Assembly (NCBI GenBank): GCA_038087875.1
Contig: JAXLNO010000541.1
Coordinates: 1-33,390 of the forward strand
Direction: 5' to 3'
Length of the DNA: 33,390 bases
From: Malacoraja senta
Taxonomy: Eukaryota
Under the pieces are notes generated by a model. It saw only the letters and a list, made by a program, of their open reading frames with translations. It was not told the DNA's origin and did no database searches. This document shows, piece by piece, positions 10,320 through 22,283 of this stretch. How positions within the stretch are numbered: position 1 is the first letter of the stretch; every line of letters begins with the position of its first letter. The position numbers and the translations under genes are program-made.

Positions 10320-10606
10320 CCCTCTCTCTCCATCCCTCCGACACCCAAGTGAACCAGCTTCTTGTTTTTCACCCAACAAACAGCTACCAATAGTCAGTTT
10401 CATTTATCATTTTTATTTGTTTGCATATCTTTCATATCATTGTCTATATCTCTCATTTCCCTTTTCTGTAACTAGACTGAAGAAGGATCTCGACCCAAAA
10501 TGTCACCGATTTATTTTCTCCAAAGATGCTCACCCGCTGAGCTACTCCAACATTTTGGGTCTAATATCTTCGGTTTAAACCAGCATTTGCAGTTCCTTCC
10601 TACACA
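10320..10606 (+). mobile_element. Penelope-derived repeat with degenerate hammerhead core
   Basis: CTGAAGAAGGATCTCGACCCAAAATGTCACC at 10477-10507, followed by the family body. Confidence 0.7.
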
Positions 10607-10837
10607 TTGTAAAAGTTATTTGTTTTGGGGTCTATTAATTCAATTCAGACAATCCAGTGCTTCACAGCCCCTCATAGTTCCTGTATTATCTGCTATCCCT
10701 CTAATACCACCCACTCAAATTCATTCAGTTCTTTATAGCATGGAAGGCCAGGGAAATTAGCAGATCTTGATGAAACGGCTTGTTCAGGTGAAACAGCCTT
10801 CAAAATTGGAGTAAAGAATAACAACTATAGACAATAG

Positions 10838-10914
10838 TTTAGTTTAGAGATACAGCGTGGAAACAGGCCCTTCTGCCCACCAGGTCCGCATCGACCAGCG
10901 ATCCCACACATTAA
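10838..10914 (-). mobile_element. V-SINE 3' tail, split from 14061-14297 by CR1 copy 2
   Basis: (TTTAG)n-AGATACAGCGTGGAAACAGGCCC; joins 14061 through a duplicated TTAA. Confidence 0.85.
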
Positions 10915-13900
10915 TTTTGCAAAGGCTACTGCGGAGATTTGCAAAGGCTACTGCGGAGACTTTAAACTAGAACGGTTGGGGTGAGGGACTCAAATAGAGA
11001 AAGCTAGTAGACAGTGTGTGAGACAGGAGGTAGAGAAGAGAAGCACTCAGATCAACATGTAGGGGGGAAAGAAGAAAAAAATAATATACAGAGAATAAGA
11101 GGTGGTGGGTTTCTTAAATGTGTGAGCAGAGAGACAGAGGGGTGTAAAATGAGGGTAGAAGCAATAGGTAGCAAGGTGAAAAGTAAAGGTGGCAGGCAGA
11201 CAAATCCAGGGCAAAAATCAAAGAGGGCCACTTTTCAACATAATTGTATAAGGGGTAAGAGTGTTGTAAAAAGAAGCCTGAAGGCTTTGTGTCTCAATGC
11301 AAGGAGCATTCGTAATAATGTGGATGAGTTGAATGTGCAGATAGTTATTAATGACTATGATATAGTTGGGATCACAGAGACATGGCTCCAGGGTGACCAA
11401 GGCTGGGACCTGAACATCCAGGGATATTAAATATTCAGGATGGATAGACAGAAAGAACATGGAGGTGGGATAGCGTTGCTGGTTGGAGAGGAGATTAACG
11501 CAATAGAAAGGAAGGACATTAGCTTGGAGGATGTGGAATCGATATGAGTAGAGCTGTGAAACACTAATGGGCAGAAAACGCTAGTGGGAGTTGTGTACAG
11601 GCCACCTAACAGTAGTAGTGGAGTTGGGGATGGCATCAAACAAGAAATTAGAAATGCATGCAACAAAGGTAAAACAGTTATAATGGGTGACTTCAATCTA
11701 CATATAGATTGGGTGAATCAAATTGGCAGGGGTGTTGAGGAAGAGGATTTCTTGGAATGTATGCGGGATAGTTTTCTAAACCAACATGTAGATGAACCAA
11801 CGAGATAGCAGGCTATTCTAGACTGGGTATTGACTAATGAGGAAGGGTTAATTAGCAGTCTTGTGCATGGCCCCTTGGGCAAGAGTGACCATAATATGGT
11901 TGAGTTCTTCATTAGGATGGAGATTGACATAATTAATTCAGAAAAAACGGTTCTGAACTTAAAGAAAGGTAACTTTGAGGGTATGAGACGTGAATTGGCC
12001 AAGATAGACTGGCAATTGATTCTTAAAGGGTTGACGGTGGATGTGCAATGGAAGGCATTTAAAGACTGCATGGATAAACTACAACAATTGTTCATCCCAG
12101 TTTGGCAAAAGAATAAATCAGGTAAGGTAGTGCATCCATGGATAACAAGGGCAATCAGGGATAGTATCAAAACAAAAGATGAAGCATACAAATTAGCTAG
12201 ATAAAGCAGCCTACCAGAGGAATGGGAGAAATTCAGAGTCCAGCAGAGGAGGACAAAGGGCTTAATTAGGAAAGGGAAAATAGATTATGAATTGATCATG
12301 GGGAGCAAGGACATGGCAGACCAATTGAATAACTACTTTGGTTCTGTCTTCATTAAGGAAGACATAAATAAACTGCCAGAAATAGCAAGGGACCGGGGGT
12401 CAAATGAGATGGAGGAACTGAGTGAAATCCAGGTTAGCCTGGAAGTGGTGTTAGGTAAATTGAATGGATTAAAGGCCGATAAATCCCCAGGGCCAGATAG
12501 GCTGCATCCCAGAGTACTTAAGGAAGTAGCCCCAGAAATAGTGGATGCATTAGTGATAATTTTTCAAAACTCTTTAGATTCTGGAGTAGTTCCTGAGGAT
12601 TGGAGGGTAACTAATGTAACCCCACTTTTTAAAAAGGGAGGGAGAGAGAAAACAGGGAATTACAGACCAGTTAGTCTAACATCGGTAGTGGGGAAACTGC
12701 TAGAGTAAGATATTAAAGATGGGATAGCAGCACATTGGGAAAGTGGTGAAATCATTGGACAAAGTCAGCATGGATTTACGAAAGGTAAATCATGTCTGAC
12801 GAATCTTATAGAATTTTTCGAGGATGTAACTAGTAGAGTGGATAAGGGAGAACTAGTGGATGTGTTATATCTGGACTTTCAGAAGGCATTCGACAACGTC
12901 GCACATAAGAGATTAGTATACAAACTTAAAGCACACGGTATTGGGGGTTCAGTATTGATGTGGATAGAGAACTGGCTGGCAGACAGGAAGCAAAGAATAG
13001 GAGTAAACGGGTCCTTTTCAGAATGGCAGGCAGTGACTAGTGGGGTACCGCAAGGCTCAGTGCTGGGACCCCAGCTATTTACAATATATATTAATGATTT
13101 GGATGAGGGAATTGAATGCAACATCTCCAAGATTGCAGATGACACGAAGCTGGGGGTCAGTGTTAGCTGTGAGGAGGATGCTAGGAGGCTGCAAGGTGAC
13201 TTGGATAGGCTGGGTGAGTGGGCAAATGCATGGCAGATGCAGTATAATGTGGATAAATGTGAGGTTATCCACTTTGGTGGCAAAAACAGGAAAGTAGACT
13301 ATTATCTGAATGGTGGCCGATTAGGAAAAGGGGAGATGCAACGAGACCTGGGTGTCATGGTACACCAGTCATTGAAAGTAGGCATGCAGGTGCAGCAGGC
13401 AGTGAAGAAAGCGAATGGTATGTTAGCATTCATAGCAAAAGGATTTGAGTATAGGAGCAGGGAGGTTCTACTGCTGTTGTACAGGGTCTTGGTGAGACCA
13501 TACCTGGAGTATTGCGTACAGTTTTGGTCTCCAAATCTGAGGAAAGACATTCTTGCCCAAGAGGGAGTATAGAGAAGGTTTACCAGACTGATTCCTGGGA
13601 TGTCAGGACTTTCATATGAAGAAAGACTGGATAGACTCGGCTTGTACTCGCTAGAATTTAGAAGATTGAGGGGGATCTTATAGAAACTTACAAAATTCTT
13701 AAGGGGTTGGACAGGCTAGATGCAGGAAGATTGTTCCCGATGTTGGGGAAATCCAGAACAAGGGGTCACAGTTTAAGGATAAGGGGAAATCTTTTAGGAC
13801 CGAGATGAGAAAAAAAAATTCACACAGAGAGTGGTGAATCTCTTGAATTCTCTGCCACAGAAGGTAGTTGAGGCCAGTTCATTGGCTATATTTAAGAGGG

Positions 13901-14060
13901 AGTTAAATGTGGCCCTTGCGGCTAAAGGGATCAGGGGGTATGGAGAGAAGGCAGGTACAGGATACTGAGTTGGATGATCAGCCATGATCATATTGAATGG
14001 TGGTGCAGGCTCAAAGGGCCGAATGGCCTACTCCTGCACCTATTTTCTATGTTTCTATGT
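10915..14060 (+). mobile_element. CR1-clade LINE copy 2 (end of ORF1, ORF2 APE endonuclease and RT), with stop codons
   Basis: LNARSI, GITETW, YRPP, MGDFN, SDH endonuclease motifs; RT motifs; (TTCTATGT)n tail; TTAA at 10911-10914 and 14061-14064. Confidence 0.95.
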
Positions 14061-14297
14061 TTAACACTATCCTACACTCTCTGGGACAATTTTTACATTT
14101 ACCAAGCCAATTAACCTACAAACCTGTACGTGTTTGGAGTGTGCGAGGAAACCGAAGATCTCGGAGAAAACCCACGCAGGTCACGGGTAGAAAGTACAAA
14201 CTCCGTACAGGCAGCACCTGTAGTCGGGATCGAACCCGTGTCTCCGGCGCTGCGTTCGCTGTAAGGCAGTAACTCTACCGCTGCGCCACCGTGACCG
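14061..14297 (-). mobile_element. V-SINE body and tRNA head
   Basis: GGGATCGAACCC (B box, reverse complement) and V-core; continuous with 10838-10914. Confidence 0.85.
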
Positions 14298-14885
14298 TAG
14301 ACAATAGACAAAAGGTGCAGGAGAAGGCCATTCGCCCCTTCGAGCCAACACCACCATTCACTATCATCATGGCTGATTATCCACAATCAGTACCCCGTTC
14401 CTGCCTTCTCCCCATATCTCCCGACTCTGCTATCTATAAGAGCTCTATCTAACTCTCTCTTGAAAGCATACAGAAAATTGGCCTTTACTGCTTTCTGAGG
14501 CAGAGAATTTCACAGATTCACAACGCTCTGTGTGAAAAAGTGTTTCCTTATCTCCGTTCTAAATGACTTTCCCCTTATTCTTAAAGTGTGGCCTCTGGTT
14601 CTGGACTACCCCAACATCGGGAACATGTTTCCTGCCTCTAGCGTATTCAAACCCTTAATAATCTTATATATTTCAATAAGATTCCCTCTCATCCTTCTAA
14701 ATTCCAGAGAATACAAGCCCAGCTGCTCCATTCTATCAACATATGACACTCCCGCCATCCTGGGAATTAACCTCGTGAACCTAGGCTGCACTCCCTCAAT
14801 AGCAAGAATGTCCTTCCTCAAAATTTGGAGACCAAAACTGCACACAATACTCTAGGTGTGGTCTCACTAGGGCCCTGTACAACTG
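14298..14885 (-). mobile_element. CR1-clade LINE 3' fragment, different subfamily, (TCTATTG)n tail
   Basis: [20 protein letters not shown]...RRMRGNLIEIYKI on the minus strand. Confidence 0.9.
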
Positions 14886-15395
14886 AGTAGGATCCAAATT
14901 GATATATGTATTTCTGTCTTGCTTCTATTTTGGGTAGGACCACCATGCGACAAAAGATAAAGCAAACCCTAAAATCCAATTTGCCATGTAATGCCTATGA
15001 ATTTGATTTACTACCTTTGTAGCTGCTATTGCCTCCAATTTCCTTCAAAAAACTGGACCAGAAGTTGCCCCATGATGTGGAGCACATGCTTTTCTCCATA
15101 AGGAAGCGGGAAGCATCATCCAAGACTTTCCTGTTCACCTGCTGTGCTGTGACAATTACTATTGTTACATTCTGAGGAATTATTTAATATGTAGAATTCA
15201 TAATATAATATTAATATATTGATCCTTGTTAAATGCATTATATGCTCCCAGAAATGCATAACTATATAAGGATTTGGGTCACAAAACAAGGATTGGATAT
15301 AAGACTCAAGGATCGTCTTTTAAAAATAATATTAGCTCAGGTTACTGTATATATAAATGATTAACGTTATAAATGAATAACCTATTTATTTGCAG

Positions 15396-15464
15396 ATTTT
15401 TGTGATATTTGTTTTGCTCTTTTACTTAGGTGGTGGCTACTTGTCAAGTTTTACAATATCAAAG
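15396..15464 (+). other. Candidate upstream (5'UTR) exon of the annexin gene
   Basis: Acceptors TTTGCAG (15395) or TACTTAG (15429); donor AAG|GTAAAG (15464); acceptor CATTTTAG at 15721 precedes the ATG exon. Splice motifs only. Confidence 0.3.
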
Positions 15465-15768
15465 GTAAAGTTCATGTTTGCAAAGGTGTTGATATGGTAT
15501 TTTGTGATATGATTATTGTGTAACGAGGTAAACTAATCGATACTAGAACTAGCACTAGAGAGAGCAGGGAGTTATTGAAAACCCATTACTCAGTGCCTCA
15601 TTTCTCACGTATAGAAAATCAAACTTCTGATTGAGAAGTGTAATTTATTCATGACGTTACTACTTTATCACAGAAGCTACTTAAGTAGCTTGCAATCTCA
15701 AAGTCACATTTGTCATTTTAGTTTGATTATATTTCGGACCTGCAAACCTGAGACTGTGAAATCTAAGC

Positions 15769-15786
15769 ATGTACTGCGGCCAAATG
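15769..15786 (+). CDS. ANXA10: Annexin A10-like, first coding exon (MYCGQM)
   Basis: AGCATG with A at -3, in-frame upstream TGA, 6 codons then phase-0 donor ATG|GTGGGT; resembles the human ANXA10 N-terminus MFCGDY (from memory). Confidence 0.75.
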
Positions 15787-16086
15787 GTGGGTATCTTGTT
15801 TAATTTTATTCTTTCTCCGAAACCATGAGGAATGGTGCGTGAAAAGGCAGAACTTTTCGACACCACCATTTTTTAGATCAAGATTGACAGCAGCGATGTT
15901 GAGGGTCGCCTTGTGCCAGTGTATTTTTTTTGTTTTTGTCAGGTTAATAGTAATTTTTTCACTCCAGTAACAGTTTCCCACCATCCATTTGAGCAGGAGA
16001 ATGTATTCTTTTTATATTCCTGGTATTTCCAATTAAAAGAAAGCAGATGGTAGAATCTGCAAGGAACTTTTGCTGAGATTATAGTT

Positions 16087-16200
16087 AAGTTTAGTTTAGT
16101 TTAGAGATACAGCGCAGAAACAGGCCCTTTGGCCCACCGAGTCCGCACTGACCAATGATCTCTGGCTCTGGCGCTCTATTACTGCGCCACCGTGCCGCCC
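16087..16200 (-). mobile_element. Internally deleted V-SINE (head fused to tail)
   Basis: Tail (TTTAG)nAGATACAGCGC joined within about 110 bp to head CTGCGCCACCGTGCCGCCC. Confidence 0.7.
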
Positions 16201-16609
16201 TTATCATAGCTTCAGAATATGTAGAATATTATAGGAATTAAAAAATGAAGGAAATGCAATTATCAAATTCCCCAGGAATCGTAAAATAAAATTATTTAAA
16301 TGCAATGTTAATTTTTGACATTATTTTTTTGTACAGAAAATGTTTTGCTATATTCTGAATGCTAATATTCTGCCTTGGGGGGTTTTCATTGAGAATGCAA
16401 TACGTTTTTTTTTTAATTTATAAGAAAGTCTACACTCTATTCAATAATAACAGTTAAAACATCATTCTTGCTTCAATTGTTCACGTCAGTTTTAACATGT
16501 TAATATGTTTTAACATGTTATTAATTTCATGCATGTGAATTTATAATTGTTTTATCTATCTTTTTTTTTTGGGGTGGCAAGAATGAATAAGTTAAATTGC
16601 TATCTCTTT

Positions 16610-17506
16610 TGGTGGATGTCAGACATTTTTGGGCAATCAAAATTGGTGGAGTTGCACGAAGCAAGGAAGACTGGCAAAGCTTATAGCAGGATTGTGGATT
16701 AGTTACAGAAAACATGAGAGAAATGGCAGACCAAGCAGATGTGTTGTACTTTAGGAGGTCGGATGTAAGGGCAAACTATACAGTTAATAGCCAGACCCTC
16801 AACAACCTTGATGTGCAGAAGGATCTTGGGATCCAAGTCCTTAGCTCCTTGAAACTGGCAACATAAGTAGATAGAGTGGTAAAGAAGGTATATGGTATGC
16901 TTGCCTTCATCGGTTGGGGCATTGAGTGTAAACATCAGCAAGTAATTTTGCAGCTTTATAGGATTTTGGTTCAGCTACATTTGAAGTATTATGTGCAATT
17001 TTGGTCACCCTATTACTGGAAGGATACAAAGGCTTTGGAGAGTGTGTAGAAAAAGTCTACCACACTGTTGCTTGGTTAGGAAGGGGTTATCCACAAAGAG
17101 AGGTTGGACAAATTTAAATTGTTTTCTGTGGAACATCAGAGGTTGACGGGTGATCTGAGAGAAGTGTATAAAATTATGAGAGGCATGGATAAACAGTCAG
17201 AATCTTATTCCGAGGTTAGAAATACCAAGGACCATAGGGCACAGCATTATTGTAAGAGAGGCAAAGTTTAAATGAGCTATGCGGGGTAAGATTTTTACAC
17301 AGAGGGTCAGGGTACTGGGAATGTCAGGGCTGATGGCAGATATGATCATGGCATTTTAAAACGTTTTAGATAGTCACATGAATATGCTAGGAATGGAGGG
17401 CTATGGATCTTATGTAGGCAGAGGAGATTCATTTAACTGGGCATCATGTTCAGCATGGACATTGTGAGCTAAAGAGCCTGTTCCAGTGCTAATGTTCTAT
17501 GTTCTA
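16610..17506 (+). mobile_element. Old CR1-clade LINE 3' fragment
   Basis: Diverged homology to the CR1 ORF2 C-terminus; GTTCTATGTTCTA tail. Confidence 0.8.
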
Positions 17507-17521
17507 CCCCATGCCAAGAGT

Positions 17522-18135
17522 TATGGAGTCGTACAGCATGGAAACAGACCCTTCGGCCCAACTTGCCCATGCTGATCAAGATGCCCCATTTACACTAGAA
17601 CCACCTGCTCGCGTTTGACCCATATCCCTCTAAACCTTTCCGAACCATGTACCTGTCCAAATATATTTTAAATGTCGTCATAGTACCTGTCTCAAATACC
17701 TCCTATGCCAGCTCGTTCATATATCCACCACCCTATGTGTGAAAGAGATGCCCCCCAGGTTCCTATTAAATCTGTCCCTTCTCACCTTAAACCTGCCTCC
17801 TCTGGTTCTTGATTCTCCTACTCTGATTAAAAGACCCAATGGATTCATTCTATCTCTTCCCCTCATGATCTTATACATCTCTATAAGACCACCCCTCAGC
17901 CTCCTCATCTCCAAGGAATAAACTCCTAGCCTGCTAGCCTATCCCTATAGCTCAGGCCCTCAGGTCCTGGTAACATCCTCATAACATAAAATTCCAACTT
18001 CTATACTCAATACTCTGAATGATGAAGGCCAATGTACCAAAAGCCTTATTGCGAAACTTATCTACCTGTGACACCACTTTCAAGGAACTATGCACCTGCA
18101 TTCCTAAATCCCCCTGCTCTACAACACTCCCCACC
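17522..18135 (-). mobile_element. Old CR1-clade LINE 3' fragment
   Basis: DLGMQVHSSLKV and RRLRGGLIEMYKIMRG on the minus strand. Confidence 0.82.
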
Positions 18136-18625
18136 CCCTGCCAATCTGATTTAAACCCATGCATGTAGCACTATCAAATCTGCCTGCCAGGATATTGGTT
18201 AAATCAATAATATTTTAGCACAGTGAAATTGCACTTTTTTTGTTGTTTAGATCCTCTCTCAATAACAATCACCCCATAAACAATCCGGAAATAAATTTGG
18301 AGCCATGTCTAGCAAAATTTGTGTTCAATGCTCCTGAGCTCACACCAAATTCATTTTATGGTCAATAGCATAGTCACAGGAAACAGACATTTCATACTAA
18401 TGGTGGTTACCATCCATTCTGAACTGACAACGGGTCTTGGAAGGATTAACTATTGTTTGATTTTATGGCCCATCATCATCTTAGCAGTAAAATAAAACAT
18501 CAGGATGTTTGAATCAATAACTAAAATTCTGAACAGAAGCGTGGAGAGAATAAAATGTTTAGCAGAAATGTCTTTAGCAGTAGTGGCAGTACAGTAATGC
18601 AGATGGAATTTTAACATCCACTGGT

Positions 18626-18916
18626 GTGGCACAGTGGTGCAGCGGTAGCGTTGCTGCCTTACAGCACTTGCAGCGCCGGAGACATGGGTTCGATCCCGAC
18701 TATGGGTGATGTCGGTACGGAGTATGTACGTTCTCCCTGTGATCAAGTGGGTTTTCTCCGAGATCTTCGTTTTCCTCCCACACTCCAAAGACGTACAGGT
18801 TTGTAGGTTAATTGGCTTGGTAAATGTAAAAATTGTCCCTAGAGGTAGTAGGATAGTGTTAATGTGCGGGGATCGCTGATTCGGCACGGACCCGTTGTAT
18901 CTCTAAACTAAACTAA
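18626..18916 (+). mobile_element. tRNA-derived V-SINE
   Basis: A box TGGTGCAGCGG 18635-18645, B box GGTTCGATCCC 18687-18697, V-core, (CTAAA)n. Confidence 0.88.
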
Positions 18917-19502
18917 GACTTTTTAATGCAGACAACGACATCATTCAGAAAGATCAACTCCATCCTATCCTTGTTATATAGAATCCTTTCTCTCCGTATG
19001 TCATATATTTAGTAAGTTGATATTTATAAGTATGAATTGGAGTCTCAAAGGAAGAAATGCATTATGCAAATTCATTGTGTTCCTCTCCTGCACAACTTTT
19101 GTACATTAATATGGAATGGATTTCAGATATATTATTCACCAACATAGACTCCATCAACCAATCATTTTTAAGTGCTAAAATATTCAAAAATGAACCATTT
19201 ATATCTACAATAACGTGTTAAACAATATTAAATATATAGAAAGTATGAAAACATTGGAAATTCTTCCAAATAGTAATATTTCTTAAATAATTCATTTCAT
19301 AAAATATATCCCATTCAGCTTTTTAATGCTTCTTAAAATACTGTATATTAACACAATGATATTTATAGATTATTTTTTTGTTGAACAGAGAAATACAAGA
19401 AATAACACAATACATTTTCATTACTCCTGATTTACTTTGTATTGTATTTCCTCCCATTCTTTTACTGATGTTACCTGCAACTGTGCACTTGTATTTCCTC
19501 AG

Positions 19503-19584
19503 AATCAAGGGACAATTTTTCCATCAACAGACTTTAATCCCGATCAAGGTGCAGAAACATTGGCCTCAGCACTTCAAGGAATGG
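19503..19584 (+). CDS. ANXA10: Annexin A10-like, second coding exon (82 nt, phase 0 to 1): NQGTIFPSTDFNPDQGAETLASALQGM(G/D)
   Basis: Acceptor TTGTATTTCCTCAG and donor G|GTATGT; aligns without gaps to remembered human ANXA10 VQGTIFPAPNFNPIMDAQMLGGALQGF; annexin-type phase-1 intron in the GxG motif. Confidence 0.85.
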
Positions 19585-19639
19585 GTATGTATTATCTCGT
19601 CAATATGTCGGTATGAAAATACCCTTAAAAAAACAAACC

Positions 19640-20226
19640 AAGCATGTTTGCAGCTTTATAGGACTTTGGTTGTGGAATATTGCGTGAAGTTCCAGTTCCC
19701 CCCCTTAACAGGAAGGATGTGGGGGCTTTGGAGAAGGTGCATTGGAAGTTTAGAAGGTTTACCAGAATGATGCCTGGATAATGGGTATTAGCTATAAGGA
19801 GTGGTCAGACAGACTTAGATTGTTTTCTCTCTTGAATGCTGGAGGTTGAGGAGAGACATGATTAAAGTATATACAATTATGAGAGGCAAAGATAAAGTAG
19901 ACAGTCACAACCTTTTTCCCAGGATGGAAATGGTAAAAACTAGAGGGCATAGGTTTAAGTGAGAGGGGCAATGTGTAAATGAGTTGTGCGTGGCATTTCA
20001 TTTACACAGTGGATGCCTGAGACTCACTGCCAGGAGTGGTTGTGGAAACAGATATGATTGTAGCATTTAGCAAGCTTATAGATAGGTGTGTGGATATGCA
20101 GGGAATTGAGGGATATGGATCATGTGTGGGCAGAAGAGATTAGTTACAGTATCTTGGTGGCATGTTTTATGCAGACATTGTGGGCCGAAGGGCCTGCTCC
20201 TGCGCTGTACTGTTCTATGTTCTATT
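19640..20226 (+). mobile_element. Old CR1-clade LINE 3' fragment
   Basis: LQLYRTLV..EYCVKF remnant; tail GGGCCGAAGGGCCTG...GTTCTATGTTCTA. Confidence 0.82.
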
Positions 20227-20580
20227 GTCACCTTCCAACTCCATCTTTCTAATAAGAGATCTAAGCACAAATTGACAAAACAGAGACAACTTAAAAGGAA
20301 ACAGTGAATAGTTTTGATCGTAAACATTTTGTATAAATTTTAGCCTTTATTGTTGCGCATCTTACAAAATTGTGGGGACAATGTGATTTGACAGGCAATA
20401 ACTGTAAGAACATTTTCAATATTGCCAATCCTAAAATGTTTGTCTCGTCATAAGACTTAATATTTATCCAATATCTTGGCCATAATATTTGGCTCCACGC
20501 CACATGTAAACATTTTTCAGCTGAACTGTGAAGCGTTGTGCCTCATTACCCCATTAAAGTGATTGTTTTTACTGGCAGGT

Positions 20581-21503
20581 TGGCCATTGATTGATTATTA
20601 ATTCCATGTTGCTTTGATTAAATGGCCTTTCGAGAATTCTTTAAATAGCTAAAGTTCACAGAGATGTGCTTCACATTGAAGAAATCTGTCGTGGCCAACT
20701 GCTCCTTGGCATGAATGCCAATAAGACATTTCTCTTGGAATGCCTCACAACAGGGAAAATGAGCAGGACAGGCTGCTGGATGAGGAAGGAAGTATTTGGA
20801 GTTGAAGGCTACCATATCCACACATGTTCTTCTGCCTATGCCAAAATCTAAACAGAAACCTTCCGTCAACATATAACACAGCAGAATTTGCTCTCTTCTG
20901 CAATGTCCCAGGAATTTATTTAGCAAATTACAATCACTTCCATAATATCTTCCACCCCCTTCTCCAATTTTACTTCTTGTTGTCTGAAGAAACGTCTCGA
21001 CCCGAAACGTCACCCGTTCCTTCTATCCAGAGATTCTGCCTGTCCCGCTGAGTCACGACAGCATTTTGTATCTACCTTCGGTGTAAACTAGCATCTGCAG
21101 TTCTGTCCTACATACTTATTTTTTAATCTTGCTTAAGAAAGGCAAGTAGGATACCCTGAATTGGTGCTCACCACACTTGGAATTTGTCCTCTCTGAGGCA
21201 ACTCAACAATTGCAATAAGAAAGTTATAGATTAAAAAATGGTCATTAGGCTCAAGAAATCCGCAACTACCAGCAAGCAGTAATCCCGCGTAAATCCCATT
21301 TTATTTTTCCTACATTCCCATAAAATGCCACCGATTCATTCATTTTAGCACTCATCTATACATTTACAATGGCTATTTACAGTGTTTATAGTGGCCATTG
21401 ATGGATTATCTATTCCATGTTGCATTGATTAAATGACGTTATTAGAATTCTTGAAATAGCTGGTCCACATAGATGTGCTTCATGTTGAAGAGACTTGCAG
21501 TGA
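20581..21503 (+). repeat. Diverged direct repeat pair of about 113 bp (20581-20695 and 21392-21503)
   Basis: TGGCCATTGAT.GATTAT..ATTCCATGTTGC.TTGATTAAATG...AGAATTCTT.AAATAGCT...AGATGTGCTTCA..TTGAAGA in both. Confidence 0.85.
20982..21113 (+). mobile_element. Short Penelope-derived repeat with hammerhead core
   Basis: GTCTGAAGAAACGTCTCGACCCGAAACGTCACC followed by the family body. Confidence 0.75.
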
Positions 21504-21667
21504 CTATTTACAATAAACATCTAAAGTGGCCAACACCAATGCCTTTGTGTTGCAGGAAGAAACTGTGGCACATGGAGGAAACCAACATGATCACAGTGAG
21601 ACTGTGCAAACTCCCTACAAACAGCACCTGCAGACAAATCTTTTAATGTTATCACCAGTAAGACACC

Positions 21668-21965
21668 GGGCGGCTTGGTGGTGCACTCGCAGAGTTGCTG
21701 CCTTACAGCGCTTGCAGCGCCAGAGACCCGGGTTTGATCCCAACTACGGGTGCTGTCTTTACGGAGTTTGTACATTCTCCCCGTAGAGATTTTCGGTTTC
21801 TTTCCACACTCCAAAGACGTACAGGTTTCTAGGTTAATTGGCTTGGTATAAGTGTAAATTGTCCCCAGTGTGTATAGGGTAGTGTGAATCTGTGGGGATC
21901 ACTGGTCGGTGTGAACTCAATGGGCCGAAGGGCCTTTACAGGGCTATATCTCTAAAACTATAACT
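21668..21965 (+). mobile_element. V-SINE inserted in an older minus-strand SINE (about 21520-21630 and 21975-22057)
   Basis: B box GGTTTGATCCC, V-core and tail; the flanks show reverse-complement SINE core and head remnants. Confidence 0.8.
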
Positions 21966-22283
21966 AACACTAAAACAGCAGCTGCGGTCAAGACAGAACC
22001 CAGGCCACTGGAGTAATGAGGCAGCATACATCTAGTAGCTAAATCACTCTACAGCCCTGTGTGGCTACCCAACCGTGGGGCTAGCACTAGCTGGACACAA
22101 TTGTTTTAATAAGCAAGCAGTGTGAATTTGGGTCCTCCCTTCAATGGGTCAGTCATGCTTGGGTTGGTCACACATCACAACCTCTGCACCAATATGTGGG
22201 TGGGGTTTTCAATGTCAGCCTTGCTCAAGTCAACTGGAAGTGGTGTAGGAGTTGCTCAAGGTCTTTGCCCTGACACTTTTAGA

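Noticed and set aside
18626..18700. tRNA gene (A and B boxes)
   Set aside because: Continues into a V-core and LINE-like tail, so it is a SINE head.
19378..19770. 130-aa ORF
   Set aside because: Overlaps the annexin exon in the wrong frame and runs into a CR1 remnant.
20618..20850. Minus-strand FGIGRRTC resembling the cytochrome P450 haem motif
   Set aside because: Lacks the following G and the L-helix pattern; no other P450 exons are visible.
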